Positions 1-9,540 of a DNA stretch of 64,000 nt are shown here, piece by piece. The stretch comes from Candidatus Woesebacteria bacterium RIFCSPLOWO2_01_FULL_39_23 (lineage in GTDB: Bacteria > Patescibacteriota > Microgenomatia > UBA8517). How positions within the stretch are numbered: the stretch's first letter is position 1; each line of letters begins with the position of its first letter. The DNA lies in NCBI GenBank assembly GCA_001793095.1, contig MGHG01000012.1, positions 72,647 through 136,646 on the forward strand. Direction: 5' to 3'. The translations under genes were made by a program, and so were the position numbers. Below the pieces are notes generated by a model. That model ran no database searches. It was given only the letters and a program-made list of their open reading frames with translations, and was not told the DNA's origin.

Positions 1-1058
1 CTACCAGATCGGAAGAAGGAGATTCCCCAACTGAGAGACAATATACAGGCCAAATCTCAGATTCTGATCAAACAGGCCTCTATTACTACAATGCCAGGTA
101 CTATAATCCTCAAATCGCCAAATTCACTCAAGCAGATTCAAGCAATGACCAACTTAATAGATATGCTTATGTCAACAATAATCCCATTAACTCAACTGAC
201 CCAACAGGTCGTCAGGATTGCAACCCCAACACTGCAGGTGGAAATGCTTACCCGCCTTGGCACCCCTGTGCTTGGGTCTTAATTGGCGAGGAACTAAAAG
301 GATATTGGAACAAAGCTCAGGAGATGGCAGTGGCGTGGGTAAATAACCCAATAGAGTTTAACAAAAACTTAGGCAAAGCGATTGTTCAGACAGCACCTCA
401 AGTGATTGTGTATGCTATTGTGGCAAATTCACAACTCGGACCTCAAGCAGCTGAAGCCCTAGATACAACACTGTGTGCTTTAGCAGCGGACCCAGGGCTG
501 TGTATGATATCAGCCCAGGCATCAGGACCAAATGTAGCTACAAAATTTGACGTAGATGATGTTCCTGGCCGTGCGGGTTTCTTGCAGTCCTCTCAATTAG
601 TAGAAAAGGAGATGGATCCTACTGGAAAGCTGATGATGGTGGGAAGAGAAGAATTATTTGATCAATACGGATTAAGATATGCAAACGGTTTACACGATCC
701 AAATGGTATAACCCTTCGTGCAACAGGCGATTTTTCGCAAATGAACGTAACTTTGCACCACGAATATTTACATGAAATATACGGTAGGGGAGTAGGCCAG
801 TATCAGTCTCTTAACGAGATGGTAGAAAACGAAATTTGGGTTAGGGAAACAATGCTTGGTTACAAAGGGTATGGAAGTGGTTGGGATAGAAAGCTATGGA
901 GTGCCGAGATATCAACCTTTAGACAAATGCTGGACTCAGAAGGAGCTGCCAGAACATGGCTAAACTATACTGGCGGATCTTGGTGGTCAAATGTTTACCA
1001 AAATATGGGTTGGACACACCAGACAGTTAATAGAGTGAAAAAATGGCTTATGGAGTAA
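1..1058 (+). CDS. 3'-terminal part of Rhs/YD-repeat family polymorphic toxin (5' end outside window). Carries the RHS repeat-associated core motif and a variable C-terminal domain with an HExxH motif.
   Basis: Frame 3 is open from nt 3 to the stop at 1058. Translation reads ...QYTGQISDSDQTGLYYYNARYYNPQIAKFTQADSSNDQLNRYAYVNNNPINSTDPTGR, the classic Rhs core signature. The downstream ~290 aa contain LHHEYLHEIYG (HExxH). Confidence 0.7.
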   Translation, partial: TRSEEGDSPTERQYTGQISDSDQTGLYYYNARYYNPQIAKFTQADSSNDQLNRYAYVNNNPINSTDPTGRQDCNPNTAGGNAYPPWHPCAWVLIGEELKGYWNKAQEMAVAWVNNPIEFNKNLGKAIVQTAPQVIVYAIVANSQLGPQAAEALDTTLCALAADPGLCMISAQASGPNVATKFDVDDVPGRAGFLQSSQLVEKEMDPTGKLMMVGREELFDQYGLRYANGLHDPNGITLRATGDFSQMNVTLHHEYLHEIYGRGVGQYQSLNEMVENEIWVRETMLGYKGYGSGWDRKLWSAEISTFRQMLDSEGAARTWLNYTGGSWWSNVYQNMGWTHQTVNRVKKWLME

Positions 1059-1268
1059 ATAAGAGACATTCACACGCCGGGAGATATATATTGATTTTGA
1101 GGGAGAAACTGTGAGACTGGCAAAGAAATATCTACAATAAAGTAAGGACCTGTAATTCCATCTGTCGGGTGGAAAAACTTTGCATCTGGGTTTTTCTTCA
1201 AGTTGCATCAATGCTCCAAAATAGAAATTGTGCTAGGCGTAGAAGGCTTGGAGTGGTAAAATATAAAT

Positions 1269-1568
1269 ATGAAAAAGCTGCCGAAATTATTGAAGAAATA
1301 TTTTTGGGATATTGATTTTGAAAAACTTGATGCAAACAAAAATTCCTTTCTTCTTATTAAGCGTGTTCTAGATAGAGGCAAAACTACCGATATTAAGTGG
1401 CTTATTTCTCACTACGGGACAGAGAAAATAAAAGATGTAGTAACGACAACGCGCGATTTATCAAGACCTACAGGAAACTTTTGGAGATTAATATTTGGTT
1501 TATCTCCTGACCAAGTTCCATGCTTACAAAAGCCTTACTCACCGATACACTTCGGGCAATCAAGCTAG
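1269..1568 (+). CDS. Hypothetical 99-aa protein (FWDIDFEKLD...KWL motif). Possible partner or N-terminal module of the downstream AbiEii-like nucleotidyltransferase.
   Basis: ORF ends inside the next ORF (49-nt overlap, different frame). The motif resembles N-terminal regions I recall fused to AbiEii-family NTases. Confidence 0.4.
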   Translation: MKKLPKLLKKYFWDIDFEKLDANKNSFLLIKRVLDRGKTTDIKWLISHYGTEKIKDVVTTTRDLSRPTGNFWRLIFGLSPDQVPCLQKPYSPIHFGQSS

Positions 1569-2152
1569 TATCAAAGTTACCAACAGTCAAAGAGGCTTAT
1601 CTTGCTGGAGGTACAGCGCTTGCGCTTCATCTTGGTCACAGAATATCGGAGGATTTAGATTTTTTTACAAATCACAATTTTGATGAGCAAGTTCTTTCTT
1701 TAGAGCTTTCAAAATTTAAGGAATTCAGAGAAGAAGGTAAGTCTTGGAAAACTATTTGGGGATGGCTAAGTAAAACAAAATTCAGTATTTTTTATTACAA
1801 ATATCCTCTTATCGAAAAAGCTATCGAATTTGAGGGGATTCGTATTGCAAACAAAGAGGATATTGCAGCCATGAAGATACACGCTATCGAAGAAAGAGGA
1901 ACACGAAGAGATTTTGTGGATGTTTATATCCTAGCTAAGGAGTTCTCATTAGAACAAATGTTTTTGTTCTATGATAAAAAATATGCTGTATTGGAGGATC
2001 ACTTGTATGGAATAATCCGCTCATTAAGTTATTTTGAAGACGCAGAAAAAGAACATCAAATGCCAAAAATGATTGAGTCTGTCTCCTGGGATGAAGTTAA
2101 AAGGTTTTTCGAAAAGGAAGCCGTGCGATTGGGGAGAAAATATTTACATTAG
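1520..2152 (+). CDS. Nucleotidyltransferase, AbiEii/DUF1814-like (type IV TA toxin family)
   Basis: N-terminal YLAGGTALALHLGHRISEDLDFF matches the GG...R.S.D(L/I)DF NTase motif of AbiEii. Confidence 0.6.
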   Translation: MLTKALLTDTLRAIKLVSKLPTVKEAYLAGGTALALHLGHRISEDLDFFTNHNFDEQVLSLELSKFKEFREEGKSWKTIWGWLSKTKFSIFYYKYPLIEKAIEFEGIRIANKEDIAAMKIHAIEERGTRRDFVDVYILAKEFSLEQMFLFYDKKYAVLEDHLYGIIRSLSYFEDAEKEHQMPKMIESVSWDEVKRFFEKEAVRLGRKYLH

Positions 2153-2254
2153 AACTTAAATGTTTAAAGTATGGATAACCTTCTTTCACTAACACTACTA
2201 CGTAGTGGTGTAGTAAGGAAAACATTGTAAATAACGAGTTGTTGTGGTTTAATA

Positions 2255-2935
2255 TTGACTAATATGGCATTTGGGGAGGAGTTACAAAAAGAAGCGGGGG
2301 GTGTTGCTCGAAGGGAATTTCTTCAGCAAAAGCAAGGTTTTCAGTCCCAGTTAAGGGAATTGGTAATTAACAATCCCAATGCGGGAACTATTGCTGGTCT
2401 TAATAATTTGGCTCACACGCTACAATACGAGCTTTATCAGACAAGTGGTATAACTCGGGGAGATTTTGGGAGAGGGATTTCAGGAGCCGGAACCGAATTC
2501 TTAGCACGGGTGCCTGCGACAATGCTAGACAGAGGCTCTATATCTTTAAGTTACGAACGAGGAAATTTAGCCGCTTGGTTTAGAGGAAAAGGTTTAGATG
2601 TCGAAGTGGTGGGAAAAGATAGAGAAGTTCATTGGTCGGGAGGTAGCGGAAAACCAGAATCGAATTATTATTTTAAGAGTGAAGAGCTCAGCCCTGGAGC
2701 CTTAGTGGCAATTTCGGAGCATTTAGCTGTGAGTATAAATAGAAAGGCCGCAGAGTATAAAGATAATCCAGATGACGTAAGAGTCATGTCCATAGCGGCA
2801 GCTATTGCAGGTGTCCTTGGAGAAGAAATAAGGAGTATTGCCGAGACGGGTAGACCGCTAGATGGGGAAACGGCAAAAGCACTTTTAGATAAACCGCTTA
2901 CTGACATTGGCCTTCAAATTACTGAAAGAAAGTAA
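2255..2935 (+). CDS. hypothetical protein
   Basis: 226-aa ORF with no recognisable motif. GC-richer than the core genes, followed by an intrinsic terminator. Confidence 0.4.
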   Translation: MTNMAFGEELQKEAGGVARREFLQQKQGFQSQLRELVINNPNAGTIAGLNNLAHTLQYELYQTSGITRGDFGRGISGAGTEFLARVPATMLDRGSISLSYERGNLAAWFRGKGLDVEVVGKDREVHWSGGSGKPESNYYFKSEELSPGALVAISEHLAVSINRKAAEYKDNPDDVRVMSIAAAIAGVLGEEIRSIAETGRPLDGETAKALLDKPLTDIGLQITERK

Positions 2936-3052
2936 ATACATCTCCTCCTGCCGTTGACTTATAGGGAGCTTCAGAGTAAAATTCAGGAAGAAATATGGAA
3001 GGTTGAGTTTAACTATTTAATTGGATTTTTGAAATTAAGAATAATAGGTATG

Positions 3053-3082
3053 TAGGTGGGAGAAATACCCACCTATTTTTTT
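3053..3082 (+). terminator. Rho-independent terminator (8-bp stem TAGGTGGG/CCCACCTA, loop AGAAATA, T7)
   Basis: Hairpin plus T-run read directly; lies between the hypothetical ORF and nusA. Confidence 0.55.
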
Positions 3083-3163
3083 AAAAGCGATAATTATTAA
3101 AAAAATGAATGCTAAATTTATTATTTATATTTTTGAAATTTAATATATTTTAGCGAAGCATAT

Positions 3164-4324
3164 ATGCAAACACCAAGAACAGAATTTGCGCAAGCACTCA
3201 GGGCAATCGCCACCGAGAGAGGCTTAGACCCTGACGTTATTATCGATGCCGTTAAGCAGGCAATTATTGCCGCGTATAAAAGAGACGCTAAAGATAAAGG
3301 CGAAGACGTAGACACATTTGGCTTTGATGTCGATATTAATCCGGCTAACGGTGAAGCTCGGGTTTTCTCCTGGCCAGTTGAGATCGATGAAGAAGGCAAT
3401 ATAACTGAAGCGAGCCTTACTCCTCCGGCGGATAAGAAAGATGTTACTCCCCCCGGATTTGGCCGAATAGCGGCCCAAATTGCAAAGCAGGTAATTCATC
3501 AAAAAATCAGAGAGGCGGAAAAAGGTGCCTTGATGGATGAATTTTCGACAAGAGTCGGCGGGTTAATATCGGGGATGATCTTAAGATTTGAGGGACCTGA
3601 TATCCGTGTTGATTTGGGTAGAACCGAGGGCATAATGCCCTCCAACGATCGTATTTCCAGTGAACGCCTGAACCCGAATCAAAGATTAACATTCCTTCTC
3701 AAAGACATAATTGAAACCCTGCGTGGGAAGCAAATCATTCTCTCTCGAGCAGACCCGAACTTTGTCCAGAAACTCTTTGAACGAGAGGTTCCTGAAATAG
3801 CTTCTAAATCAGTAATAATAAATGCGATTGCCAGAGAAGCCGGAGTCAGAACTAAAATTGCAGTTTCTTCGAATCAGTCGGGGGTCGATCCGGTTGGGTC
3901 GTGTGTTGGCCAAAAGGGCGTCCGAGTTCAAGCTGTAACCAATGAACTCGGCGGTGAACGTGTTGATATTGTTCCTTATAACGAAAATTTATCGGATTTT
4001 ATAAAAGCAGCACTGCTTCCTGCTGAAAGCTTGACCGTTAAACTAGATAAGAAAAATAACATAGCTGAGGTCGGCGCACCCGAGGATCAGCTTTCCCTTG
4101 CCATCGGTCGTGACGGTCAAAATGTTAAGTTGGCATCAAAGTTGACTGGTTGGAAAATAGATATAAAAGGGGAATCACAGAAGGCACAGAAGAGAACTGA
4201 GGACACTGAGAAAAATTCTGGGGTGGAGAAGATTGTAACAGAGGGAGCAACTGCTCCTAAGTCTGCACCTGCAAAGAAAAAAACAACTAAGAAAACGACT
4301 AAAAAAAGCAAAACTGATAAATGA
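3164..4324 (+). CDS. nusA: Transcription termination/antitermination factor NusA (Lys-rich tail)
   Basis: N-terminal domain, S1 and KH domains (GRDGQNVKLASKLTGWKIDIK). Gene order nusA-infB. Confidence 0.9.
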   Translation: MQTPRTEFAQALRAIATERGLDPDVIIDAVKQAIIAAYKRDAKDKGEDVDTFGFDVDINPANGEARVFSWPVEIDEEGNITEASLTPPADKKDVTPPGFGRIAAQIAKQVIHQKIREAEKGALMDEFSTRVGGLISGMILRFEGPDIRVDLGRTEGIMPSNDRISSERLNPNQRLTFLLKDIIETLRGKQIILSRADPNFVQKLFEREVPEIASKSVIINAIAREAGVRTKIAVSSNQSGVDPVGSCVGQKGVRVQAVTNELGGERVDIVPYNENLSDFIKAALLPAESLTVKLDKKNNIAEVGAPEDQLSLAIGRDGQNVKLASKLTGWKIDIKGESQKAQKRTEDTEKNSGVEKIVTEGATAPKSAPAKKKTTKKTTKKSKTDK

Positions 4325-4354
4325 GAAGTTTGCTGATTGTGACAACTAATTATT

Positions 4355-5806
4355 ATGCTAAAGATGCGAGCACCAATTGTTACCGTTTTGGGACACGTAG
4401 ATCACGGCAAAACTAGCCTCCTGGATGCCTTAAGGAAATCTAATGTGGCCGAGAAAGAAATCGGTGGGATTACTCAAAGTATTGGAGCTTCGCAAATTAC
4501 TACAAAGGCCACCGGCCCAGTCACCGACTCGGAAGAGTCTCTGACTCGGAGAGATGGCCTCAGGCCCGGCGGGAAGAAAATAACTTTTATTGACACCCCC
4601 GGACATGCTGCTTTCAGTAAAATGCGTTCTCGCGGTGCAAAAGTTGCGGATATAGCGATTCTTGTTGTTTCGGCGGATGACGGCGTTAAACCCCAAACAA
4701 AAGAAGCACTATCCTTTATTCTTGAAGAAAAAATTCCTTATATTGTTGCAATTACAAAAATCGATCTTCAATCAGCGGATATCGAAGGAGCAAAGAGAAG
4801 TTTGGCAGATATTGGAGTGCTTTTTGAGGGAGGAGGAGGAAATATTCCGGTTGTACCTCTCTCTGCTAGAACTAAAAAAGGCCTCGATGAGCTTCTCGAG
4901 GTAATTATTTTAGTATCTGAGGTCGAAGATATTAAAGGAGATTCTGCGGGAGAACTTGAAGCTTTTGTTGTTGAAACTAAGAAAGACAAAAGAGGGACCC
5001 TTGTATCGGTAATAGTAAGAAACGGTAGTATTAAGGTCGGCGATCAAATACTCGTTGACGGAGTCTTATCTAAAGTGCGCGGTATATTTGACAGTCAAAA
5101 TAAATCTTTAAGAGAAGTCGGTCCGGGTGAACCTGCGTTGATTCTCGGTTTTGAAAAGATGCCTCCTGTCGGTTCGCCGATTAAACATTGGAAGGGAGAA
5201 GTCATTAGTGTCAAGAATCCTGCAAGATTGCACATTAAAGACGAAGGAACTAAAGAAATGCCAAATATTATTATCAAAGCTCAATCTTCGGGAGTCTTGG
5301 AAGCAATAAGTGAAAACCTACCTGTTGGAGTTAATATTGTCGGAACAGGTATTGGGGATGTAAATGAAAGCGATATATTTAGTGCAAAAGCCGGAAACGC
5401 TAAAATATTTGTTTTTGAGGCTAAGGTTCCTGTAGGTGTTGCAAGACTTGCAGAAATGGAGGGGGTAAAAATCGAAACTTTTAATATAATCTATAGACTT
5501 TTCGAAAGAATAGAGGAACTTAATTCCAAAAAAGAAAAAGTAGTAGGAAAGGCTGAAATTATTGCCGTCTTTCCGTATGAAAATAAGAAAGTCGCTGGAG
5601 GAAAAGTAATCTTGGGAAAGCTTAACCGTCAGGATCAAATAAAAATATTAAGAGGTGAAAAAGAGATAGGGGAGGTAAAAATAATTTCAATGAAAAAAGA
5701 GAAAAAGGATATTTCGCAAGCTTCAGCCGGTGAAGAATTTGGAGTAATTTTTGAACCCCAGCTTGCTTTTACTATAGGAGATGTGCTAGTATCGGTTGCA
5801 AAATAG
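4355..5806 (+). CDS. infB: Translation initiation factor IF-2 (short form, G domain plus C-terminal domains only)
   Basis: [24 protein letters not shown] and TKID G-motifs. Confidence 0.9.
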   Translation: MLKMRAPIVTVLGHVDHGKTSLLDALRKSNVAEKEIGGITQSIGASQITTKATGPVTDSEESLTRRDGLRPGGKKITFIDTPGHAAFSKMRSRGAKVADIAILVVSADDGVKPQTKEALSFILEEKIPYIVAITKIDLQSADIEGAKRSLADIGVLFEGGGGNIPVVPLSARTKKGLDELLEVIILVSEVEDIKGDSAGELEAFVVETKKDKRGTLVSVIVRNGSIKVGDQILVDGVLSKVRGIFDSQNKSLREVGPGEPALILGFEKMPPVGSPIKHWKGEVISVKNPARLHIKDEGTKEMPNIIIKAQSSGVLEAISENLPVGVNIVGTGIGDVNESDIFSAKAGNAKIFVFEAKVPVGVARLAEMEGVKIETFNIIYRLFERIEELNSKKEKVVGKAEIIAVFPYENKKVAGGKVILGKLNRQDQIKILRGEKEIGEVKIISMKKEKKDISQASAGEEFGVIFEPQLAFTIGDVLVSVAK

Positions 5807-5846
5807 AACATATGCTCTTTGTACTTTGTCGTTTGCACTAATAACA

Positions 5847-6770
5847 ATGGAAGAATCTTTTAAATCACTACTCGATTCGGCAAGATCGATATTAATACTT
5901 CTCCCGACAAATTCCAATCTTGATACGACTGCTTCGGGTCTCTCGTTATATATGGCTCTCAAAGAAGGTAGAAGTGTCGCTATTTCTGCCTCCTCCCCCA
6001 TAACCGTCGAGTTTAATCGCCTGATTGGTATAAATAAAATCGCAACTGAGTTGGGAAATAAGAATTTAGTCATAAGTTTTTATGATTATGAAGCGTCTGA
6101 TATTGAGAGAGTTAGCTATGATATCGAAGACGGCCGTTTCAGACTAACGGTAATCCCCAAACAGGGTATTACTGCCCCCACTAAAGAACAGATAAAGCTT
6201 GCTTATTCCGGAGTTTCGGCAGATACAGTGATTTTAATCGGAGGAGCTAGCGATAAACATTTTCCTTCTATTTTTTCAAAAGATTTATCCGGAGCTAAAC
6301 TTATCCATATCGGTAACCGTGAATTAATAAGCGATCCGTCACGAGGTATTATTTCTTTCTCCGGAATGGCAGCTTCTCTTAGCGAAGTAGTATTAAGTTT
6401 AATAACGGAGATGAATTTGTCAGTTAATCCCGATATTGCAACAAACCTCCTCATGGGAATTGAGTCGGCTACTGATAATTATAAGTCCCCTGAGGTTACG
6501 CCTGGTACTTTTGAAATAACGGCATCTCTTATGCGGGCAGGGGGCAGGAGATTTGCGGCCGCGGGGTTAAACTATGAAAATTTCCCTCCGGGTGCTATTC
6601 CGGGACAAATTCCTCTTCCCCAAACTCAACAAAGCCAACACAAAGTAGTAAAACCACAAACCCCTATTATGCAGGAAGAAGTCGAAGAGTCTGAAAAGCT
6701 GGAAACTATGGAAGAACCGCCTTCCGATTGGCTCCAGCCTAAAATCTATAAAGGGACTTCAATTAGTTAG
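5847..6770 (+). CDS. DHH/DHHA1-family (NrnA-like) protein with degenerate catalytic motifs
   Basis: Architecture and linker (GIESATDNYKSPE) resemble NrnA, but DHH is replaced by DKH and the N-terminal Asp/His ligands are substituted. Start at the MEESFK ATG avoids overlap with infB. Confidence 0.4.
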   Translation: MEESFKSLLDSARSILILLPTNSNLDTTASGLSLYMALKEGRSVAISASSPITVEFNRLIGINKIATELGNKNLVISFYDYEASDIERVSYDIEDGRFRLTVIPKQGITAPTKEQIKLAYSGVSADTVILIGGASDKHFPSIFSKDLSGAKLIHIGNRELISDPSRGIISFSGMAASLSEVVLSLITEMNLSVNPDIATNLLMGIESATDNYKSPEVTPGTFEITASLMRAGGRRFAAAGLNYENFPPGAIPGQIPLPQTQQSQHKVVKPQTPIMQEEVEESEKLETMEEPPSDWLQPKIYKGTSIS

Positions 6771-6884
6771 TTTAAAACACATTGTAATTTGATGATTGGA
6801 AATTTTTTAAAGGTATGATAATATACCGAGGATGACTTCAATGTTATTCGCATAGACGAATTACTTTGATACTCATGACAAGAA

Positions 6885-7154
6885 ATGGCATTACATAAAG
6901 ACGAAAAGCAGGATATTATTAAGAAATTTGCCCGCGAGAAAGGTGATACAGGTTCTCCAGAAGTTCAAATTGCGCTTCTGACTGTGAAGATTGATAAACT
7001 TGCAACCCACCTTAGAGAACATAAAAAAGATATTCATTCAAGACGCGGACTTTTATCAATGGTTGCTAAAAGACGAAGACTATTAAATTATTTGAAGAAG
7101 AGAAGTGAGGAAAGATACTTAAGCCTCATTAAAGAAGTTAAATTAGAAAAATAA
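6885..7154 (+). CDS. rpsO: 30S ribosomal protein S15
   Basis: Full-length S15 similarity. Confidence 0.9.
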   Translation: MALHKDEKQDIIKKFAREKGDTGSPEVQIALLTVKIDKLATHLREHKKDIHSRRGLLSMVAKRRRLLNYLKKRSEERYLSLIKEVKLEK

Positions 7155-7157
7155 TAA

Positions 7158-9464
7158 ATGGCTACAAATACGTCGTCCAAAGGACGATCGACCTCTGGTC
7201 AAAAGAAGATAGAGAAATCGGTTGACATCGGGGGAAGAAAACTAACTATTTCCACAGGAAATTTAGCCGGTCAGGCAAACGCAGCGGTTCTGGCTTCGTA
7301 TGGTGAAACGGTAGTACTTGCTACAGTCGTATCATCTCCTCTAAAGGTTGATCTGGGTTATTTTCCTTTGACTGTTGAATATCAGGAGAGACTTTATGCG
7401 GGAGGAAGAATTAAGGGAAGCCGTTGGGTAAAAAGAGAAGGCAGGCCAACAGACGAGGAAATTTTAATCGGAAGATTAATCGACAGATCCGTTCGTCCAC
7501 TTTTCCCTAAAGGTTATAAAGAAGATGTACAACTAATTATAACTTTACTGTCTGTAGATACAGAAAATGCACCTGAGACGGTTGCTGGGGTTGCCGCTTC
7601 GTCTGCATTGGCAATTTCCGATATTCCTTGGGCTGGCCCTATAGGTATCGTCAAGGTGGGATTGATCGAAGACAAATTTATAGCAAATCCAGCTACCGAG
7701 GACATGTCAAAGTCGCAGTTGAACTTGACAGTTTCTTCAACCAATGAAGCAATCGTAATGATCGAGGCAGGTGGCAATGAAGTAACCGAGGAAACAATGT
7801 TAAAAGGGATTGAATATGGACAAAAAGAGAGCCAGACGGTAATAGGTTTAATTAATGATTTAGTAAGTGCCGTCGGTAAGGAAAAAAAGGCAGTAAGGTA
7901 TGAGATATTAAATGCTGATGGACAAAAGAAAGTTAAGGAGCTTGCTAAGGAAGCAATAAAGTCTTTAGTTGCCCAAATGGCTACAAAGGAAGCTGACTAT
8001 GTAGCTTTTGACGCAGCTCGGGGTAGTGTTGTAGCAAACTTTGATGATAAAGAAAAATCACTGGTTGGAGGGTATTTTGATGATTTGTTTAAAGAGGAAG
8101 TACGAGATGTTATTTTGTCGGGTAAAAGACCGGATGGAAGAAAACCCGATGAAATAAGGTCACTTTCGGCTGAGGTAAGTGTATTACCTCGAACTCACGG
8201 CTCGGCAATATTCAATCGAGGACAGACACAAGCACTTACGATTGCAACATTAGGAGCGCCATCTCTGGAGCAAACAATTGAATCCGCTGAGGGAGACGTT
8301 AATAAAAGATATATCCATCACTATTCAATGCCGCCTTTTTCGACAGGTGAAACCGGAAGAATAGGATCTCCTAATAGGCGTGAAATAGGGCACGGAGCAC
8401 TGGCCGAAAGGGCTCTTTTACCGGTAATTCCGGCTGAGGAAGATTTTCCTTATACCATAAGAATGGTAACGGAAATATTATCCTCGAATGGTTCTACTAG
8501 CATGGCTTCTACTTGCGGGTCCACTCTTGCTTTGATGGATGCCGGTGTCCCGATTAAAAAACCCGTTGCCGGAATAGCAGTGGGACTGATAATCGAGGAT
8601 GATAAAAAGTTTGCTATTTTGACAGATATTGTCGGTATAGAAGACGGTAATGGTGATATGGACTTTAAAGTTGCCGGAACAGAGACTGGCATCACCGCGC
8701 TACAGCTCGACGTTAAAACTCTCAGCTTAACATCAGCAATATTGGGTAAAGCTCTAGAGCAATCTAAAAAAGCAAGAATCGAGATTTTGAGTGTTATGAA
8801 TAAAGCTTTAGGTACACCTCGAGCTCACGTATCAGCCCATGCTCCAAAAATCAAAATAATTAAGATTGATGTTGAAAAAATAGGTGATGTGATAGGTTCG
8901 GGAGGAAGAACAATCAAAGGCATAATAGCTACGAGCGGAGCCCAAGTTGACGTTAATGATGACGGGAGGGTATTTATTTCCTCACAAACTGAAGAGGCAA
9001 CGGCTAAGGCAATCGCACAAATAGAAGGTTTAACAAAAGATCCACTACCCGGAGAAGTTTATGACGGTGTAGTCAAGCGAGTTCAACCTTTTGGTGCTTT
9101 TGTAGAAATACTGCCTGGAAGAGAAGGATTAGTACATGTATCAGATATGCGTGAGGATTTTGTCAGTAATCCCTACGATGTAGTTAGAGTTGGAGAGAGC
9201 GTTAAAGTTCGGGTTAAAGAAATTGATGAGCTGGGGAGACTTAATCTGTCAATGCTTCTTTCGGGGGATAAAAAGACTGAAAATGGAGGAAGAAGACGCA
9301 CTGAATTTAATAATTTCGGAAAATACGCACGGCCTCAAAGGGACGATCAAAGAAGGGGCGGCATGAGGCGTAATGACAGACGAGGTAATTATTCAAATTT
9401 CTCAGGACCTCACTTTCCTACAAGCAGACTAATAGATGAATCCCGCAAGAAATTTGACCGTTAA
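7158..9464 (+). CDS. pnp: Polynucleotide phosphorylase with RG-rich C-terminal extension
   Basis: Two RNase PH domains plus KH and S1 domains. ~65-aa Arg/Gly-rich tail. Confidence 0.9.
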   Translation: MATNTSSKGRSTSGQKKIEKSVDIGGRKLTISTGNLAGQANAAVLASYGETVVLATVVSSPLKVDLGYFPLTVEYQERLYAGGRIKGSRWVKREGRPTDEEILIGRLIDRSVRPLFPKGYKEDVQLIITLLSVDTENAPETVAGVAASSALAISDIPWAGPIGIVKVGLIEDKFIANPATEDMSKSQLNLTVSSTNEAIVMIEAGGNEVTEETMLKGIEYGQKESQTVIGLINDLVSAVGKEKKAVRYEILNADGQKKVKELAKEAIKSLVAQMATKEADYVAFDAARGSVVANFDDKEKSLVGGYFDDLFKEEVRDVILSGKRPDGRKPDEIRSLSAEVSVLPRTHGSAIFNRGQTQALTIATLGAPSLEQTIESAEGDVNKRYIHHYSMPPFSTGETGRIGSPNRREIGHGALAERALLPVIPAEEDFPYTIRMVTEILSSNGSTSMASTCGSTLALMDAGVPIKKPVAGIAVGLIIEDDKKFAILTDIVGIEDGNGDMDFKVAGTETGITALQLDVKTLSLTSAILGKALEQSKKARIEILSVMNKALGTPRAHVSAHAPKIKIIKIDVEKIGDVIGSGGRTIKGIIATSGAQVDVNDDGRVFISSQTEEATAKAIAQIEGLTKDPLPGEVYDGVVKRVQPFGAFVEILPGREGLVHVSDMREDFVSNPYDVVRVGESVKVRVKEIDELGRLNLSMLLSGDKKTENGGRRRTEFNNFGKYARPQRDDQRRGGMRRNDRRGNYSNFSGPHFPTSRLIDESRKKFDR

Positions 9465-9540
9465 GATTAGCTTCTTATACCAACTGACACTTTTTGCTGT
9501 GATTGAAGTTGTATGTTAAAGTGGAAGAAGAAAAGAAATT

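Noticed and set aside
91-282. ORF 91-282 and other short or antisense ORFs (987-1211, 1495-1683, 2668-2907, 3121-3502, 4430-4989, and those inside rpoB, rpoC, tuf and fusA)
   Set aside because: They overlap or lie antisense to strongly supported genes, are in the wrong frame relative to the Rhs toxin, and have no motifs. Likely spurious.
6771-6884. Candidate promoter (TTGGAA ... TGATAATAT) for rpsO-pnp
   Set aside because: Spacing and hexamer quality are marginal, so it is not reported as a feature.
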